A stretch of 64,000 nucleotides of DNA. Origin: Catajapyx aquilonaris. Lineage: Eukaryota. The stretch spans positions 1 through 64,000 of the forward strand of contig JYFJ02001119.1 in the NCBI GenBank assembly GCA_000934665.2, in the 5' to 3' direction. The notes beneath the pieces were generated by a model. The model had not been told where the DNA came from, ran no database searches, and worked only from the letters and a program-made list of their open reading frames with translations. Made by a program: the position numbers and the translations under genes. Positions 27,301-41,613 of this stretch are shown here, one piece after another. Within the stretch, counting starts at the first letter, position 1; every line of letters begins with the position of its first letter.

Positions 27301-30300
27301 AGCAGCGTCACAGGCAAGAACATTTTATACGTGATATGTAAATATCTCACCTTAATCATGTGCTCCTGAACGCATCCAGGATCACTGCTGCCCAGGATTG
27401 AAAGCAACTCATCATCTGAGATAAAGAAGAACCGTGGGAACGCATTCCTCTTGGCATCCAGGTAATCGTTCAAGGACTTCTGGCATCTCTCCAGACCATC
27501 ACTCAAGTTTTGGAGGTCCTTGTAGCGGTTTGGCACTGAGCAGGCTTCACGGATAAAGGGCTTCTTCACTGTGTCCGTCATTATCTGCAAGAGAAGTAAT
27601 GACGCAAGCATTAAATGAATGCCCCTGGCTCCAAGATTTAAAAAAAAAAAGTTTTCTGACACTGACCTGCCTGAAGACTTTGTCAATATCGTCAAATGCT
27701 CTGGCCTCATCTGGCAGCTGCGCCCGGATGTCCCCTCCAACGAAGATGCTCTCCAGGTACATCCACTTACGCTGGACGTTCATCCACTCATCCAGCACTT
27801 CACTGATCACGGACAACATCTTCTCCCAGAACTGCACTGTGGGTAGGAATGGACCCACAAAACGGGACCCACTCATGCTCTGCAGGTTCATTGAGTTGTC
27901 ATCCAGCAGAAGGATTATCTCATCCACTGGACCCAGAACATATCCGCGCTCCTCGGCGCCCTTCTTGTACTTGATAATAGTCAATCGCGTTGTCTCCCAT
28001 GTCTGGTGCATTGGGAAAATAAGTAGACATAATATGACATACGAAATAAATTGTAACCCTGCCACATTTACTCATGCGACTATTTTACTCACATCAGCAA
28101 TGTCCTTCACTCCCTTCTCAATTCCAAGTTCTTTCACAGCATTGCCAATTATCTCTGCTATGGTGTCAGCAAATCGGCTCAGCTCCATTGAAAACAGGTT
28201 CTGCAGGGTGAACCTAGTTGGATCCATGTCGAAGTATTCCCCTGAGAGGAAAAAATACAATTTAAAAAAAAAACACACAAAGAGATATTAATAGAAACGT
28301 TATGGCCGAGTGAGCAAAAGGCTGCACCTGTCTTCTTCATAAGGTCCCTCCAGTGGCGTTCTCTCAGGGCCTCATTCTTCAGATCAACGAAAAGTGGGAC
28401 GGCATTCTTGAATCCCTTCATCTTATCCTCCACTGCACGGCCAATAGGCATGGTTCTCATTAACTTCGGGAGTCGTTTGAACTCCTTCAAGTAGCCGTCT
28501 ATCCCCTCGACCAGTACCTGAGGGTTGAGGTTCACCCACAACGTCTGCGCCATCTCCTCTTGGGTTTTCTACAGGAGAAACAGTGTGTGGGTTCAAACTG
28601 CAAGAATATTATGTGAAGAACTCATAAAGGACACCTTACCTTCTGCCTCACAAAAAGGTCATAGAGAGTTTCAAGTGCATCCATTTCCCTCTGGACATGG
28701 TTGAGTTCCTGGTAGGTGGTGATTGGCAGCCCAAAGAGTTTCTCTGCATTACATAGCTCCTGCCTCCTGGCCTCAACAACAGCCTGCTCCTTCCGAAACA
28801 CATTCATTTGGGCTAGCCCTTGGTCCAGATCATCCACGCACACACCAGGGCCCTCTTTAAGGAACTTCTCCAGAAACGCCAGGGCCTCTATCTTGAATGC
28901 CAGAACTTCTTCAGTAGTCACGTCTGTGAAGCGTTTCTTCACCAAAGTCAGACGGACATCCACGTGCTTTGACTCCATGAAAAGTGCTTGCCACAAGGAT
29001 TTTATGTGCTTCAGACGAGCAGTATCCTCTTGCTTTATCTGCAGAAGTGAATAAGTTCAGGTAACAAGTTGCAGAACTCCTCAGGGAAAAAAAAAGTCAC
29101 TGACTGTGAATTCTTACGTATTAAAATTAAATAAGTATTCATTCTCAAAATCCACAATAAAAATAATACTTGTATAACCTGAGGTCATTCAACTCACCTC
29201 TATTTTGTAAGCAGCAAGGGTAAGGTATTTGTCCTCAATGTCCCTCACTTGGTCCTCCACATCCAGCGACATGCCCTGGATTGCCAAGATCACCTTCAGC
29301 ACAAACTTGAGGTCTTCCACGTTATCAGGGGTTGTGTGCAGGTCTTCCCACAGGCTCTGAGAGTAATGAAAATACATGTTATTCCAAGCATACCCGCAGT
29401 TGCAAGCAAACACGAAAAAATCACGTGTGTTTCAATCCGCCATCTGAAAGACTAATACTGAGTCAGCATCTGGGAGCGTGTTGTCCCACGTGGCAATACG
29501 CTTAATTAAAGTACGACAGCCAGCATGATAGATTCACTGAAAACTAGAAGGGATAACAATAGTAGGACCTACCTCAATTTCGTTGGACAGTGTCACAGCA
29601 TTTGAAGTGGCAGTGCTCATGAGCAAGCCCCCCAAGTTGAGGATCCATTCCCGAGCATGCTCCTCTATTGCGTCGGATAAGGGACCTAGGTTAAGGCTAA
29701 AGAACTCCTCGTTCCTGGTGTTCCCTTTCTCCCTCACTTCCTCCACCATTTGCGAGTAGTAGGCGAAGCGGTTGTCAAAGTCCACTACTGTTGGGTTCTT
29801 TGATATAAAATTCTCACAAGTCTCCACCTTATCATACCTCCACAGGGCGCGGTATTTACTCCACCTGTGAAGTAGAACAGTAGAACTATGAATATCTTTC
29901 AGAAGCACTGTACTACCACTAGTTGCATCACGTGGATGTTTTCAGTGCGTGAACTTCTTATTATGACATTGATCTTTGAATCCATTTTATCTATTCGCAA
30001 TAAACAACAGCCACGAAATGGGCCATGTTAAAGAACAGATTCTACTCGAGCAATAACAATGTGTCAGCTTTTGAAGGACTCTGAATAATTACTTGTGAAG
30101 ATACTTCTGTACAGAAGTAAGGCAACGATGCACATTGTCCTGCAATTTTACCACAGCAGCCACCAGTGGAGTGCAGCGGACCACTTCTGTGTAGAAGGTG
30201 AAATGATAGGGTTCGCTCTCCCCCGGTACCTTCTGTGGGATAGCCTCCAGGCATGAGCCCTTCAACCACCGCGTAAACATCTTGGCTCTGGCAAGAAACG

Positions 30301-33300
30301 GGTGATTAGCACAGGGGGGGGGGTGGACGCTAACGAAATGCCACAATGCCACTCCGCAGTCACAAGCAGCATACCCTTCAAGGCAGTCCATGATGCTTCG
30401 AGACATGACCTGGTAGACCTCCTGAGTAGTTGGGAACATAATGACATCCGGAGGAGCCAGAATGAGCTCCAGCGAGAAGATGGGTTTTTTCAACTCCACC
30501 ACCTTGTTGAAGTACTCAATGTTGCGTTGGAGGAGCCTCAGGAGCACGTCCAGGAATTTCTTCTCCCAGTAACTGTAGTAATCAGCAAATCGGGGAGACT
30601 TTCCTGAGGAAGTGTGGACAATCAGACCCTCCATCTTGGTAAGGAGGGGGCTCATGCTGCGGTACTTTTTGGCCAGAAGGAGCATGGCTTTCTGGCGTTC
30701 CTTGTGCAGGTATTCAAAAAATTCCTGAAAACAGTAACGGCAAACATCCGATCACAAAACATGTGCCCCCTGCGAAAGACCTCATAGTGAAAGTGCAATT
30801 TAACAGTAATAATAAGGAAACAAAACACCGGTTGTTATCTCAGACCTGAAAGTTAGGCAAGGGCTTCCCTGGGTCAGTCATTGGTGGCATGGGGAAGAGG
30901 TCCACGAGCTCAAAGCTGTCTATCTTGCTCTGGATGTCACGAGAGCATTTCTGCACCTGCCCAATCAGGGTGAGGAACTTGCTCAGGTGCTGCTCGCACT
31001 TGGCACTAAATTCCTGAATCCCCAGGGACACCCAATTCAGGCGCTTCCACCCAGGGTAGAACACCCTCTCCAGCTCCCTCATCTCTGGATCCAACAGTAT
31101 TCTCTGGAGATCAAACCGGAAGCCTCAATTGGTTTCAAGAAATTCTGAATTCACACACACACACACACAAAATTTATCACACCACTGACCTCAGCTTCAC
31201 CGAGAGACAGCCTAGTGTCATAGAACTGCTTGAGCACGGTCTTCAAATCAGACACAATGAGTAAATACTTCTCACGCTGCAGGGTTATATTCCGCGCCAG
31301 GTCTGGAAGATTGAAAGCTAGTCGCTCGAAGTACTTTGTCTCTTCAATTATCTCCACCATCTGGGGGCAGAAGTCCACGTGAAACTTGTGTTTCAATATG
31401 GCTGCAACGATGAAATAAAGAGGCCATTTGCAGGAGGAGACAAGAGACATTTAAAAGAACCAATTAAAAGTTCAGCTTACGATTTTTGGTGCTCCTAACG
31501 ATTAACAAGTTGCGTTTGAGCAGAGTAGGAAGAGCCTTGGATATTGACTCGTGCCACTTTTGGAACTTTTCATCTTCGAATTTCCTCATGGTACGTGCTA
31601 CCTCCAGATAATCACTTACGCTCTGAAAAGAAGCTCGAATGTATTGTTGCAGTTCAAGAGGGAATTGTAGTTCCCCCAGAAATCAACAAGCCCCATGATG
31701 GCACAGATGTTAGCTACTGCTCCACACAAGCATCATTCTGAGACAAGCATTTTTAGAACGATGTGCCATGATTTTGGATCTTATGTCAAGAAAGAACTCT
31801 TGCTGCCAAGGCAATAAAAAATAAATGAAGCATTTCCAACTATGACGTGATCATTTTCTTACAATTCATAATTACTGTACAAGTATTTGCGCGTAATGTT
31901 CGCTTCCCGACATATGTAATATCAGCATTCTCTTTCATTAAAAAGAAATTACTTGCTAAGCTACAATGAAATTACTCGGTTGATGCCCAACTGCGCTTAC
32001 AAGGCTCTAAGACTTGCCATTCTTGATGCCCGCCAGGAGAGTTATTGGTCTCATGACATTGTTACCAACAGTATGTCAAGTAATGCTACAGAAACGCACA
32101 CACCTTCTTGGCCACGTCAGTAATCATCATCTCCTCCTCCTTCCGAAATCGCACAATAGCCCTCTTGATGTGATTAAACAGGGAGCGCTCCCAGAAAATG
32201 GCCCCAGAAACCGGAGGCACATTCTTCAGAAGAGGTGGATTATCCTGGTGTGTCTGCAGGTTTTCCAAAAATGTTTTTAAAAAAAAGTTGACATGAAACA
32301 GTTCTCAAGCAGGTAGAACCATCCAAAGAGACTGCCAATGATACCATCCATCATGTCACGCGATCCTGTGTGTTTGGTTAATCCTGCCAACTGACGCTAT
32401 GGCATTTACATCCAAACTGTGTCACCATTTTTATCACAGACTGAACGCAACATTTTGTTCCCTGACTGGAAGTATGCAGATGAAAAACTAATGTCAGAAG
32501 AAAGCATCTATGATTTCAGAAAGTGTCGAAACTAGAACATGCACATGATTTTAGAATCATAATTATTATCCATACTGTACATTAGAAACTTGGCTTATTC
32601 CATTTTAACCCTTTCAAAAGAAGCATGAACTACAAACCATTCAGAGAGGATGGTAGAATTTGACATTCTCTTGGAAAACCTGTAAGGAGTAATTAAAAAA
32701 TTTAAAAAACATCATGTAACCTCAAAAGTATCCTTGACAACTTCAATCTCCTGGATGTAGCGCATCAGAATGTCATCAAACTTCTTCATCAGCTGCTCTC
32801 GAATGGACTCTCGAGTTTTGATGTGCTTAAATCTCAGCAGCATCTCAAAAGCTGCTTCAGATGATCTGCACAAAAACAATTCAAATTATTCAAAATGAAC
32901 AGGCTGATACGAGTAGAACGGCTAACTGATCAGCGTACTTAAACACTTAAAATTAAATTCCACAAAACTATTGGCCACCTTTTTAAAAAAATCCAACTGC
33001 TACTCTAAGCGCCTGAATCTCAAGTCAGAAAACAAACATTGAATCAGTTGCTTTCACCTGAGGTTCTGGAAACAGTCGTCAATGAATCTTTTGGCCTCAG
33101 TCTCAAGCAGCATAACCTCCTTCCTGAAAGTGCTCATGACGGACCCCCAGTGCCGGGCGTATTTCAAGTCAAAGGGGTCAAAGTGGATCTCAGCAATGGG
33201 CTTGACCAGTCCGTCCACATTGCTGACCACCTCTTCAATCTTGCGGGGATCTCCAATCACAGCTTTCAGCTCGGGCCCAAAGAAGTTGTAGAACTCCTCC

Positions 33301-35683
33301 ATGACCTGGGCGACATCATACAGATCCTGGGCAATGCCAGCCAGATGGTCAGAACGGGCAAACAGACGCTTGCGATCAAACTCCCAGCGGTTGCCCCGGC
33401 CAGTGGCCTCAATCTTGGCCCGAGTGTCGAAGTAACCGTCGCGCCACATAGTCAACACCAACTTGCCCTGCCCGGCTATTTCTTTCACCTTCTCAGTTGA
33501 ATTTCTGGAAGTAGAAAAACATCAGTGGATGACATTGTGTTACGAAAACACCACGCCAAAGTTAGCGGTCATTTTAAATAGGAATATATTGCAAAATTTT
33601 GTATAATCGCAACGTAAAATATTCAAGGAAACTGCACAAGTTAATCCCGTTTTACCGATCAAAATTTCAAAGTCTCACTTACGTGAAGAGCTTCTTCACA
33701 TTGATAATCCGAGAAACCCTGCTGAACAGCACATTGGCAATCTTTTCCATGAGGGGCACCATCTTCTCATCTTTATTGAAGTGCCTTGACAGGATCCAGA
33801 CCAAGTGAAGACTGTCCAGCAGACCTGGTATGGTCTCCACCACTCCGGTCAGGGTCACTCCATGGGCAATGGTCTTAAAGGGCCGCTCCAGAGTGGAGAG
33901 GAACTTCACAGCATCTTTCGCCTCCACGTAATGCTGAAGTAGCTCCTGCTTGTGATAGGCAAATCCGTCCACAAGCTCAGATCCTGCAATGGTCAGGATC
34001 TGCACCACTCGTGCAACCCACTTGCTCTTCAGCTGCTCAAGTATGGCACTGTAGGCTGAGAAACGCTCTCGCCACAACTCCAACTCTGCTAACGGGGTGT
34101 CATCCACTGGTTTCTGCAGAACACCATAACTTACATGCAGTTATTGAATCTCCCCACTCATATTTCGAATTGAATTGAAAATAAATACAACATTCCGACC
34201 TAGATAATCTCGAAATTAACAAGCAGCTCACCCTTTTCTTGTATTTGTCTATTATGTTGGAGATCAGGACTTCCCACTTGACAGTGGCATGCTCGAACTC
34301 TTCCACCAAAGCCTTGTCCCTCGCCAATTGCTCCACCTGTACACTCTTATCATGAAGGCTAGGCACATTTGGGCACTTTATTTTAGCCGAACCTTCAAGT
34401 TGAAGAGTGCACCTGCGAAAACAAATCAGGACAATGACAATGAGATCAGGGCACAAAAAGGGATGGAGGATCATATGTGCAATGTCTGACCGTGCGAGGC
34501 TGAACTGGAACTTCTGCAAATGCATCACCAGTTCGTCCTTGAGATCAGCTCTCAGCTGGGTTGTAACCTCCTTCTTGGTGTCACCCCCACGACCAAAAAA
34601 TGACTCCTTACTGACCACAGCCTCTTTGGTCATCACAGGAATGTTTGACAGCAGTGGAGCAAACAGCTAATGAATGGGGCGGAAATGTCCACAGATATTA
34701 TTTCTTCAGTTTTTAATAATAGTCACAAGCATCAATATCCAGACTCAACAGAAGACACGACGTGTTTCAAATGCAGCCTACCTGAGAAACAAGTGGCTCC
34801 AACTGGTTGAGAGCAGTCTTAAAGAAAGTGCCCATAACAAAGTGATGAAACATCTCCCGGGTAGCCTCCTTCATACTGCCTGGTTCTGGGATGGCAGGAA
34901 CAGTCATACGGACAAAGTAAATGCTGTCGGGCTTCAGGAAGGACACCGAGTGTGGGAGATCACCAAAGTAGGGCTCGAGCGTTGCCCGAATAACTGTCTT
35001 CGTTTCAGTCCTCTACAAAACAATACAGAAAAAAAAAATTTACCAAAATATATCCCACATAGAAAAAAAAAAATGGCATGAGACATTACACAACAAAAGC
35101 AGGAATGTTCATCTTGTCAAGTTTTAGTTCAGTTTCCTGCTGCCACTGATAGCGAGAGAAAGCTATTAGAATAGTTACCATCTTCGGCTCTTCCTCCTCT
35201 TCATCTTCAACCTCAACAGGTTTCTTAATGCTTGTTTTTGAAATTGTAGGAGTCTCAACTAACAAATATAAAAAAAAAAGCAAAGTTTAAAAACGAACTA
35301 TCATCAGACGGTTTACGCTATGCTCTCAAAGGGCATATGTAACATCATGTGTCATTTTGCTCTTCAATAAACTTGTAGTCTACAAGTAGAGTACTAATCC
35401 ATAATCAAAAAAAAAAGGAAGCAATAAAAGACTCACTTGGTGTAATAGCCACTTCATACTCAAGAGTCACTTCCATGTACTCCCTGTGTAAGAAAAGAAT
35501 CCTGTGTTCTGGAGTCTTCTTATCATGTGGAGTCAAGTCCTCGTTCAGGTACCGCAGGAGTGTATACTCAAACTCCGAGTCATCCTTGTTGAGCAAATCT
35601 TCAAACATGGTTTCCTCCTCTTCCTCTTCTCCAAACAGTTTTTTAACCTTATCGGCAATCCATCTCACTCGCATGTCCTCCAT
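14202..35683 (-). CDS. DNAH10: Axonemal dynein heavy chain 10 (inner arm I1/f alpha), ~48 exons, apparently intact
   Basis: P-loops GPAGTGKTET (AAA1), [16 protein letters not shown] and [10 protein letters not shown]-terminus [14 protein letters not shown]-terminus [48 protein letters not shown], characteristic of DNAH10. All junctions I traced keep frame. Confidence 0.95.
23967..24350 (+). mobile_element. Second, unrelated tRNA-derived SINE with a long (ATT)n tail, antisense in a DNAH10 intron
   Basis: A-box-like gtggagcggcgg (~23979-23990) and B-box gggttcaatacc (~24022-24033). The ~70-bp (att)n/(atc)n tail spans 24281-24350. Candidate TSD tacaaa at 23961-23966 and 24351-24356. Confidence 0.75.
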
Positions 35684-35790
35684 CTTTTCAAAACCTTATT
35701 TTTGTTAAAAAATTCTGCTAACTAAAAAAGACATCTGAAAACTCCCAGAATGTAAGGGCCTCAATTGATCCATTCCACAGATCAACAGTT

Positions 35791-35815
35791 TGTTTACAAA
35801 GTGTTGCCAGGTGAC
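35791..35815. promoter_or_regulatory. Adjacent forkhead site (TGTTTAC) and RFX X-box (GTTGCCAGGTGAC) upstream of DNAH10
   Basis: Motifs at 35791-35797 and 35803-35815, ~110-130 bp 5' of the DNAH10 ATG. This matches the known Rfx plus FoxJ1/Fd3F promoter code of motile-cilia genes. Confidence 0.65.
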
Positions 35816-37191
35816 CGACAACACTGCTTCGAATGTGTTTTTTGTTGCACGCAACAAAACCCTGAAGCTGCTGCAAATCGCTGCGGGGGGAAAACATTCA
35901 GGGAGTACGAAAACTGCCAGTTAACATAATTTATTATAAACAATTTTTTACCATAAATAACATCATGTTGTTACAACAACTGTCAAGCAAAGAAAAACAA
36001 AAGTTAAAGAGTCTCACCCACCAAATAAAAGAATCTGTAGTGCTTTTGAGCTAAAAATTAAAAATTAAAAAAAAAGTGCAATTATTCTACTAATGCACAC
36101 AAACTACAATATTGTGATGTTTGCTCCTCTCACTTGAGAAAAAAACGTAATAACCGGTAAAATAATAGCTGCCTTTCGATGCAGACATTGTAAGAAAACA
36201 GGAATTGCTCCCACATTACACATCAAAAACTGATGGTTGGGATTGACAGAGGCCAGTTAATCCGAGTACGAAATAAATTGCCTCAATCAATCACACGTTA
36301 GCCTGCAAATATGTCTAGAAAAAGGTCCTACTCTACTATCTTGCTGGTTCAAATCTCTTTGGCACCTGCTAAAAAAAACCTATGCAGGACGTTATGTTAG
36401 TTAAAAACCAGCCGCCCTTCACCATTATAATGAATACACTGTCTTGTTTTTTAAAAAAAGTGTGCACATTGGCATTTAAATACACTTTGTGCACACCAAA
36501 AAGGGAGGGGGGGTTAGGAAATAAATATCACTCAATTAGGAATGGAGTTAAGACTATGCTCAGTTCGACTCGTAAAAACTCACTCGGCTCACATCGTTTT
36601 TTGTTTTTTTGTTTTTTTTAAATCCTTAAAAAGGCATCGAAACTCATATAACCAGAATGACCACGAGATCAAGATCAATAAAACCAGACATAAGTTAAGC
36701 CAGGTATGCACACCTGTTGTCTACCACATTGTTATAATACATGATATAAATGACTACCCGAGAATTACATGTTCCCTCGTCCCGTAATGTAAGGCTTCAG
36801 GCAATTTCAACCCATTTTACCATCTTTAAAGCATTGTCCTGTATAATAATCAAGCATAATTTGATTTTAATAATGTAATTCTCAGGTACCAATAAAACAG
36901 AGTAACTCAGCACCAGGCAGAGTATGACATACCATTTTAGGAAAGTACTAACTCATTCTGTAGCATTTTGTTTCAAGGTCTTATCCTATAGTTTAGCATT
37001 ATCTGCTACAAACTAACAGATGCTACAAAAAAGACTAGGTGTTTCATCACTTTCCTAAAACAATGCGAAAAGTCACCCCATTTTTTGGCAGCAAAGTAAA
37101 AAAAAAAGTGTAATCTGGTCGGCTTACTTTCGTCACACATAAAACCCAAAATAAAAAATTGATTTTAAAAATAATTCAAACCTCGTTGGCT

Positions 37192-40135
37192 TCAGAAGTA
37201 GTCCCGGTTTGAGTGCTGCCTGGAGGATCCAACCCCCCTCCCGCCGCTGCCACCTCCCACTCCACTGCTTCCGACCCCACTTCCCCCTCCGACCCCCCCG
37301 ACCCCTCCGCCCCTTGAATGCGGGTGTTGGTGTAGGTGCTGGTGGGGTCCGTGCCTCCTGGCATTCCTCATCTCCCGATCCATCTCCAGCTCCTCCAGGC
37401 GCTGGTTCAGGACCAGCTTCTGGTGAACAGCCAGCCTCAGAAGCTGGTTCAGGGTCTTCTTCTCTTCTTCCGCTGCCTGCAACTGACGCTGAAGCTCATC
37501 CACCTGTGTCACATACTCCTCGCAACGAGCCGCAAACATAGCACGTAAGCCTAGAAAAATATGAAAAGTTAATATCACAATGTATTGTCTGAATTCAATG
37601 ATCCACTATAACCAGCAATGGATTAATAATTTGTAAATCTCACTGGAGAAGGTTGCTGCGTCCTCCTTAAGCTGCCTCAGCTCATTCCTCATCTTCATCA
37701 TGGTCTCAGTGACAATGGCCTTCTCATTCTCATACTTAGATTTAAGGTTGGCTAAAGCCACTTCAGCAGTCTGCTTGTTGGCCTTCAGAACAGTACGGAG
37801 AGTTGCTATCTGCTCTCGCTTTGTCGACAAGAGGGACTTCAGCTTTATGACCTGGCCGTTCAGCTCCTGGATCTCCGCCACATCTTTAGAGTCCATGGCC
37901 ACTGGGGGGAAAAAAAAAACATGATTATTTGTTTCACGTTTAAACAAAATGCTTCATATTTGGTTTTCAACAAGTTCAAAATCACACCTTCAGACATGTT
38001 CCCTTTGAGCTTGGACATCTCAATGGTGCTCTCCACTGCAGTTCTCAAGTACTTAATCTGGTCCACAATGGTCTCCACATGCTTGGAGATGGCGATGGCA
38101 TCTGCCTCTCCCTCCCCACCTTCCACTCCACCGTCTTTCCCAGCAGGCTTCACATGGTCCAGCATGACACGATTAGGAGTCTGCCCATTTACGGTGCAGA
38201 CGTGGTGGTACAGCTGAGCCAACTCTTCGCTGATGTTGACCAGATCATTCTGGACCGACTCCAACGCTGCCCCGGCTTCCCTGGCTTGCTTATCCAGTTG
38301 CGAGGCATCAGCCTCTCGATCGGCCAGCTTCTGCTCTGCACACAGTAGCTGGTTCTTCAGATTAGCCACCTCCATAGATAGCTGCTGAGCTGCGTTTGGA
38401 CATGCCCCACTGCGTTCTAGTTCAGACACCACCTCACCAAGTCGCTCGATTTCCTTCGAGGTCAACGAGAACCAGTGCTTGTACCGACCTAGGAGTGGTC
38501 CCAGCTCCAGATCCTACAAAAGTCATGAATGTAATCAAGTATGTCCATAAGTATGTTATCATGAATTATTATCCCTCCCATATTCACATCAGTCCCCATA
38601 AGTGTCATGCAATACAGACTGTGACACATCATAATCATATTTAAAAATTGGCGTTATATCGTAAAGCAGAGTAATCGCGAAGTTGGCATTATGTTTCTTC
38701 CCAGCCATACTCACCACCATGTTGCTGTGCTGCTCAATGGCATTCCGACTCTCCTCTTTGATGTGGATGAGGGTGGCAACGTGAGCCACAAGCTGAGCCA
38801 CCTTGGTCTGCAGGGACGTGAGCTCCCCTTTGGATTGCTCCATGTGCTCTTGGGACTCCTTAAGGTTCTGCGTCAGCAGACCCTTCTCACTTTCCACCTG
38901 CTCAAGCTGCTTCTCCAACTTTTTCAGTTCGTTCAGATGGATCTCACTGAAGAGGTCCACCTGTTTACTGCCCTGTGGTGACTGAACCTCCTCCTTCCCA
39001 CCTCCCTCCTGGATGAGGTCGGCCTCCAGCTTGCGGAGAGCGGGTATGTCCTCCCCCTCTTCGTCACCGTCACTCCCAACCCCACCTTGGTCTGACTCGG
39101 ACATACCCCTGATGCTAAAGGCCAGGTTACTCAGGTTATACATGGATTCGTGGTTGATGCGCAAGTCCAGTTCCTTTTTCAGGGCAAACTTTGTCTCCCT
39201 TTCTGCCTGCAATGCCTCTAAGGCTTCTTCCATCTGCTTCACAGCAATTGCCTTTAAATTGGTCAGCTCCTCCACCTGCTGCTGGAGGATCTCTCCTTCC
39301 TCCTGCAGCTGCCGGATCTCATGCTTAGATGCCTCAAAGTCCACCTGTGATGACCTGTAAGTCCACGTACATGTTAATTTTCCCATAAGGCCCGCTTATC
39401 CTTAAAAAAAAACACATTCCTCAAAAACTCACCGGAGTGCCGAGACCTGCTTTTGAAGACCGATGTTCTCCTCCTCCAATTCTGAATAATCAGTCAGAAG
39501 CCTGGTCTCTCTGAACTTGATCTCCTTCAGCTCCGCACGCAGGTTCTTTTTCTCAAACTCGTTCATTTCCTTCTCCTTCGACATCTCCGCCTGTTCCTGT
39601 AAGGCTCGTTCCTTCTCTGCCCGCAGTCGCTCCAGCTCTTGTCTTTGCTGTAGGTTAAGAGGTAATTTAGTACCATATCAGGAATTGATCTCATCGCACA
39701 ATTAATGTACCTGTTTAATCTCCAACTCCAAGTCCAAGATTTGCGAATTGAGCGATGTCTCACGAGCAGCTGATTCGGATAGAAGCGACTCTTCCTGCTC
39801 TATGCCTGTCTTCGTGGTCTCTTTATGGCTGCTGTGGAACTTGGCCAGAGCCTGAAAGGGAAAATCCTCAATCACCTGCGGTATCATTTATGATTTTTTT
39901 TAAAGCAGCGCACCTCCTGAGTGATGTCCAGCTCCTGCTTGGCATTCTCGTAGAGTCCCTCCAGCTCCTCGCACCTCTGCTGGAGTGTCTCTTTCTCCTG
40001 GAGAAGCACCAGTCCGAAGTGGGCCGACTGGACTTTTTCGCTGCTGGACTGGTCCAGCTCCCGGTTCAGACGACGAACCTCTTCCCTCAGCTCCTCCACA
40101 CTCGACAGCTCCGACGGAGACGACGACGACGCCAT
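37192..40135 (-). CDS. BicD: Protein Bicaudal D, 7 exons
   Basis: Motifs [73 protein letters not shown] and [23 protein letters not shown]. Exons approx. 39915-40135, 39711-39851, 39433-39647, 38713-39354, 37988-38514, 37645-37900, 37192-37549. Confidence 0.95.
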
Positions 40136-40663
40136 GTTGTCCACACACACACCGTCAATGCAGGCTTCTTCTTTCTTTTAATTATCCAATTCGTTCCATC
40201 TCCAGAAGAAGATGAATTTTTCTCTCCTTCCTTTTCTGTCCCTTTTTTTTTCTTTTCTTCAGCTCCGGATCGCTTCCTTTCGATGAGACACTCGGTGGCA
40301 ATCGGACGACTACTCCCTGTGCCGATCTGCTCCCTGTGCCTCACTGGAATTTATATAAAAAAAAGTTCAGAACAAAAAGGGTTTATAATTAAAGTTGAGT
40401 GGATAGATTAGATGGCGTATTTAAATGGTGGGAATTGCTCTTCAGTCAGTTAAATGTCGAGGTTAATGTCCATTAAAGCGGTGCGATTTGTTCTTCATCA
40501 AAGGCATAAAGCGTGATTTTAAAATAGATTGAAGCGATTTTGAAGTAGCGGCGATTCCAATGGAAAACGCGAACCGGTTATGAACAATATTAATAATTTC
40601 GTGTCATTAAGAGCAATTAGACAATAAAAAGCAAGAGTAAATAATTTTATGTTAATTTGTTAG

Positions 40664-40946
40664 TTTTATGCACATGACACTAGAGCACCTGTCACACACC
40701 AATTCATCATTATTAATCTATGTAATATTCGCAATATAGCGTACCAGTAATTTATTGATCTGTTCGTACAGTGAATTCATTTACATTGCAAAATTCAAGT
40801 TTTATGCACATTACACTAAAGCACCATGTGCAAATAAATAGATCAAATACCAATTGATCATTATTAATCTATATAATATTCGCTATGGAGCGTAATCTAA
40901 TATATATAAATTTATTGATATATCTGCTCGTACAGTACATTGCGAA
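40664..40946. repeat. Degenerate two-copy tandem duplication (~135-145 bp unit)
   Basis: ttttatgcacat(g/t)acacta(g/a)agcacc ... atcattattaatctat(g/a)taatattcgc ... aatttattgat ... tcgtacagt ... tacattgc occurs at 40664-40790 and again at 40800-40946. Confidence 0.8.
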
Positions 40947-41613
40947 TGGCCAGAAAGTATTTTTCTGGGAGAAAATAACACGCGGGTAACCTCCTAAAGT
41001 TTTGTAATTTTTTTAACATTCGGAAAGTGTCATCTAGACCAATCGATTAAATTCATTTACCTTTCCCTACTTTTTTTAAACCATTGTTATGTGTGTTGCA
41101 CGCCTTTTCTTTTACCGTTTTTGAAGCCATTACTTCGTTAGCAGATTGATGGTCAGTATAGAGTCATACATTACAATACAAGGTACAAAATTATAATTAT
41201 TGAACATGGGAGAAGTGACGACTGCTGAAGGAACGACATTGAGATTCGACCCCAAGACTGGACGTTCACCCAGCCATGGCTGCGTCCAGGGGCTGCATCT
41301 TCCCAACCTTCCTCTCTCTCAAGAGTTACCTTGATGGGTGATCCGAAGTGGAGTGGGATTAAGTAGCAGGTTCAAAATGATATATCCTCAAAAATACGCA
41401 TGTTTAGCAATCATGTGTGTATTTCAATCATCAGAATAGTACACAGTAAAAAATATATACTAAATATGAAAATCAATGAAATCCATCCAAATATGTATAC
41501 CAGTCCATACTCATCCAGAGAAAAATACTGCCCATATCCTAATACTCATGCAAAAAAAAAAAAATCAAGGCCATTGTTAATTCCATAATTCATAATATTT
41601 CCCTCGCCGATAT

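Noticed and set aside
30288..30374. 87-nt stop-free in-frame segment inside a DNAH10 ORF (similar cases at ~34412-34491 and in ACAA2)
   Set aside because: These segments have canonical GT-AG ends and non-dynein-like or non-thiolase-like translations. They are ordinary short introns.
14202..40135. Dynein heavy chain next to the dynein adaptor BicD as a functional cluster
   Set aside because: BicD activates cytoplasmic dynein-1, whereas this heavy chain is axonemal DNAH10. The adjacency is probably coincidental.
41207..41335. 42-codon ORF / GC-richer island between BicD and ACAA2
   Set aside because: No recognisable peptide or RNA motif. It could be ACAA2 3' UTR or regulatory DNA, so no call is supported.
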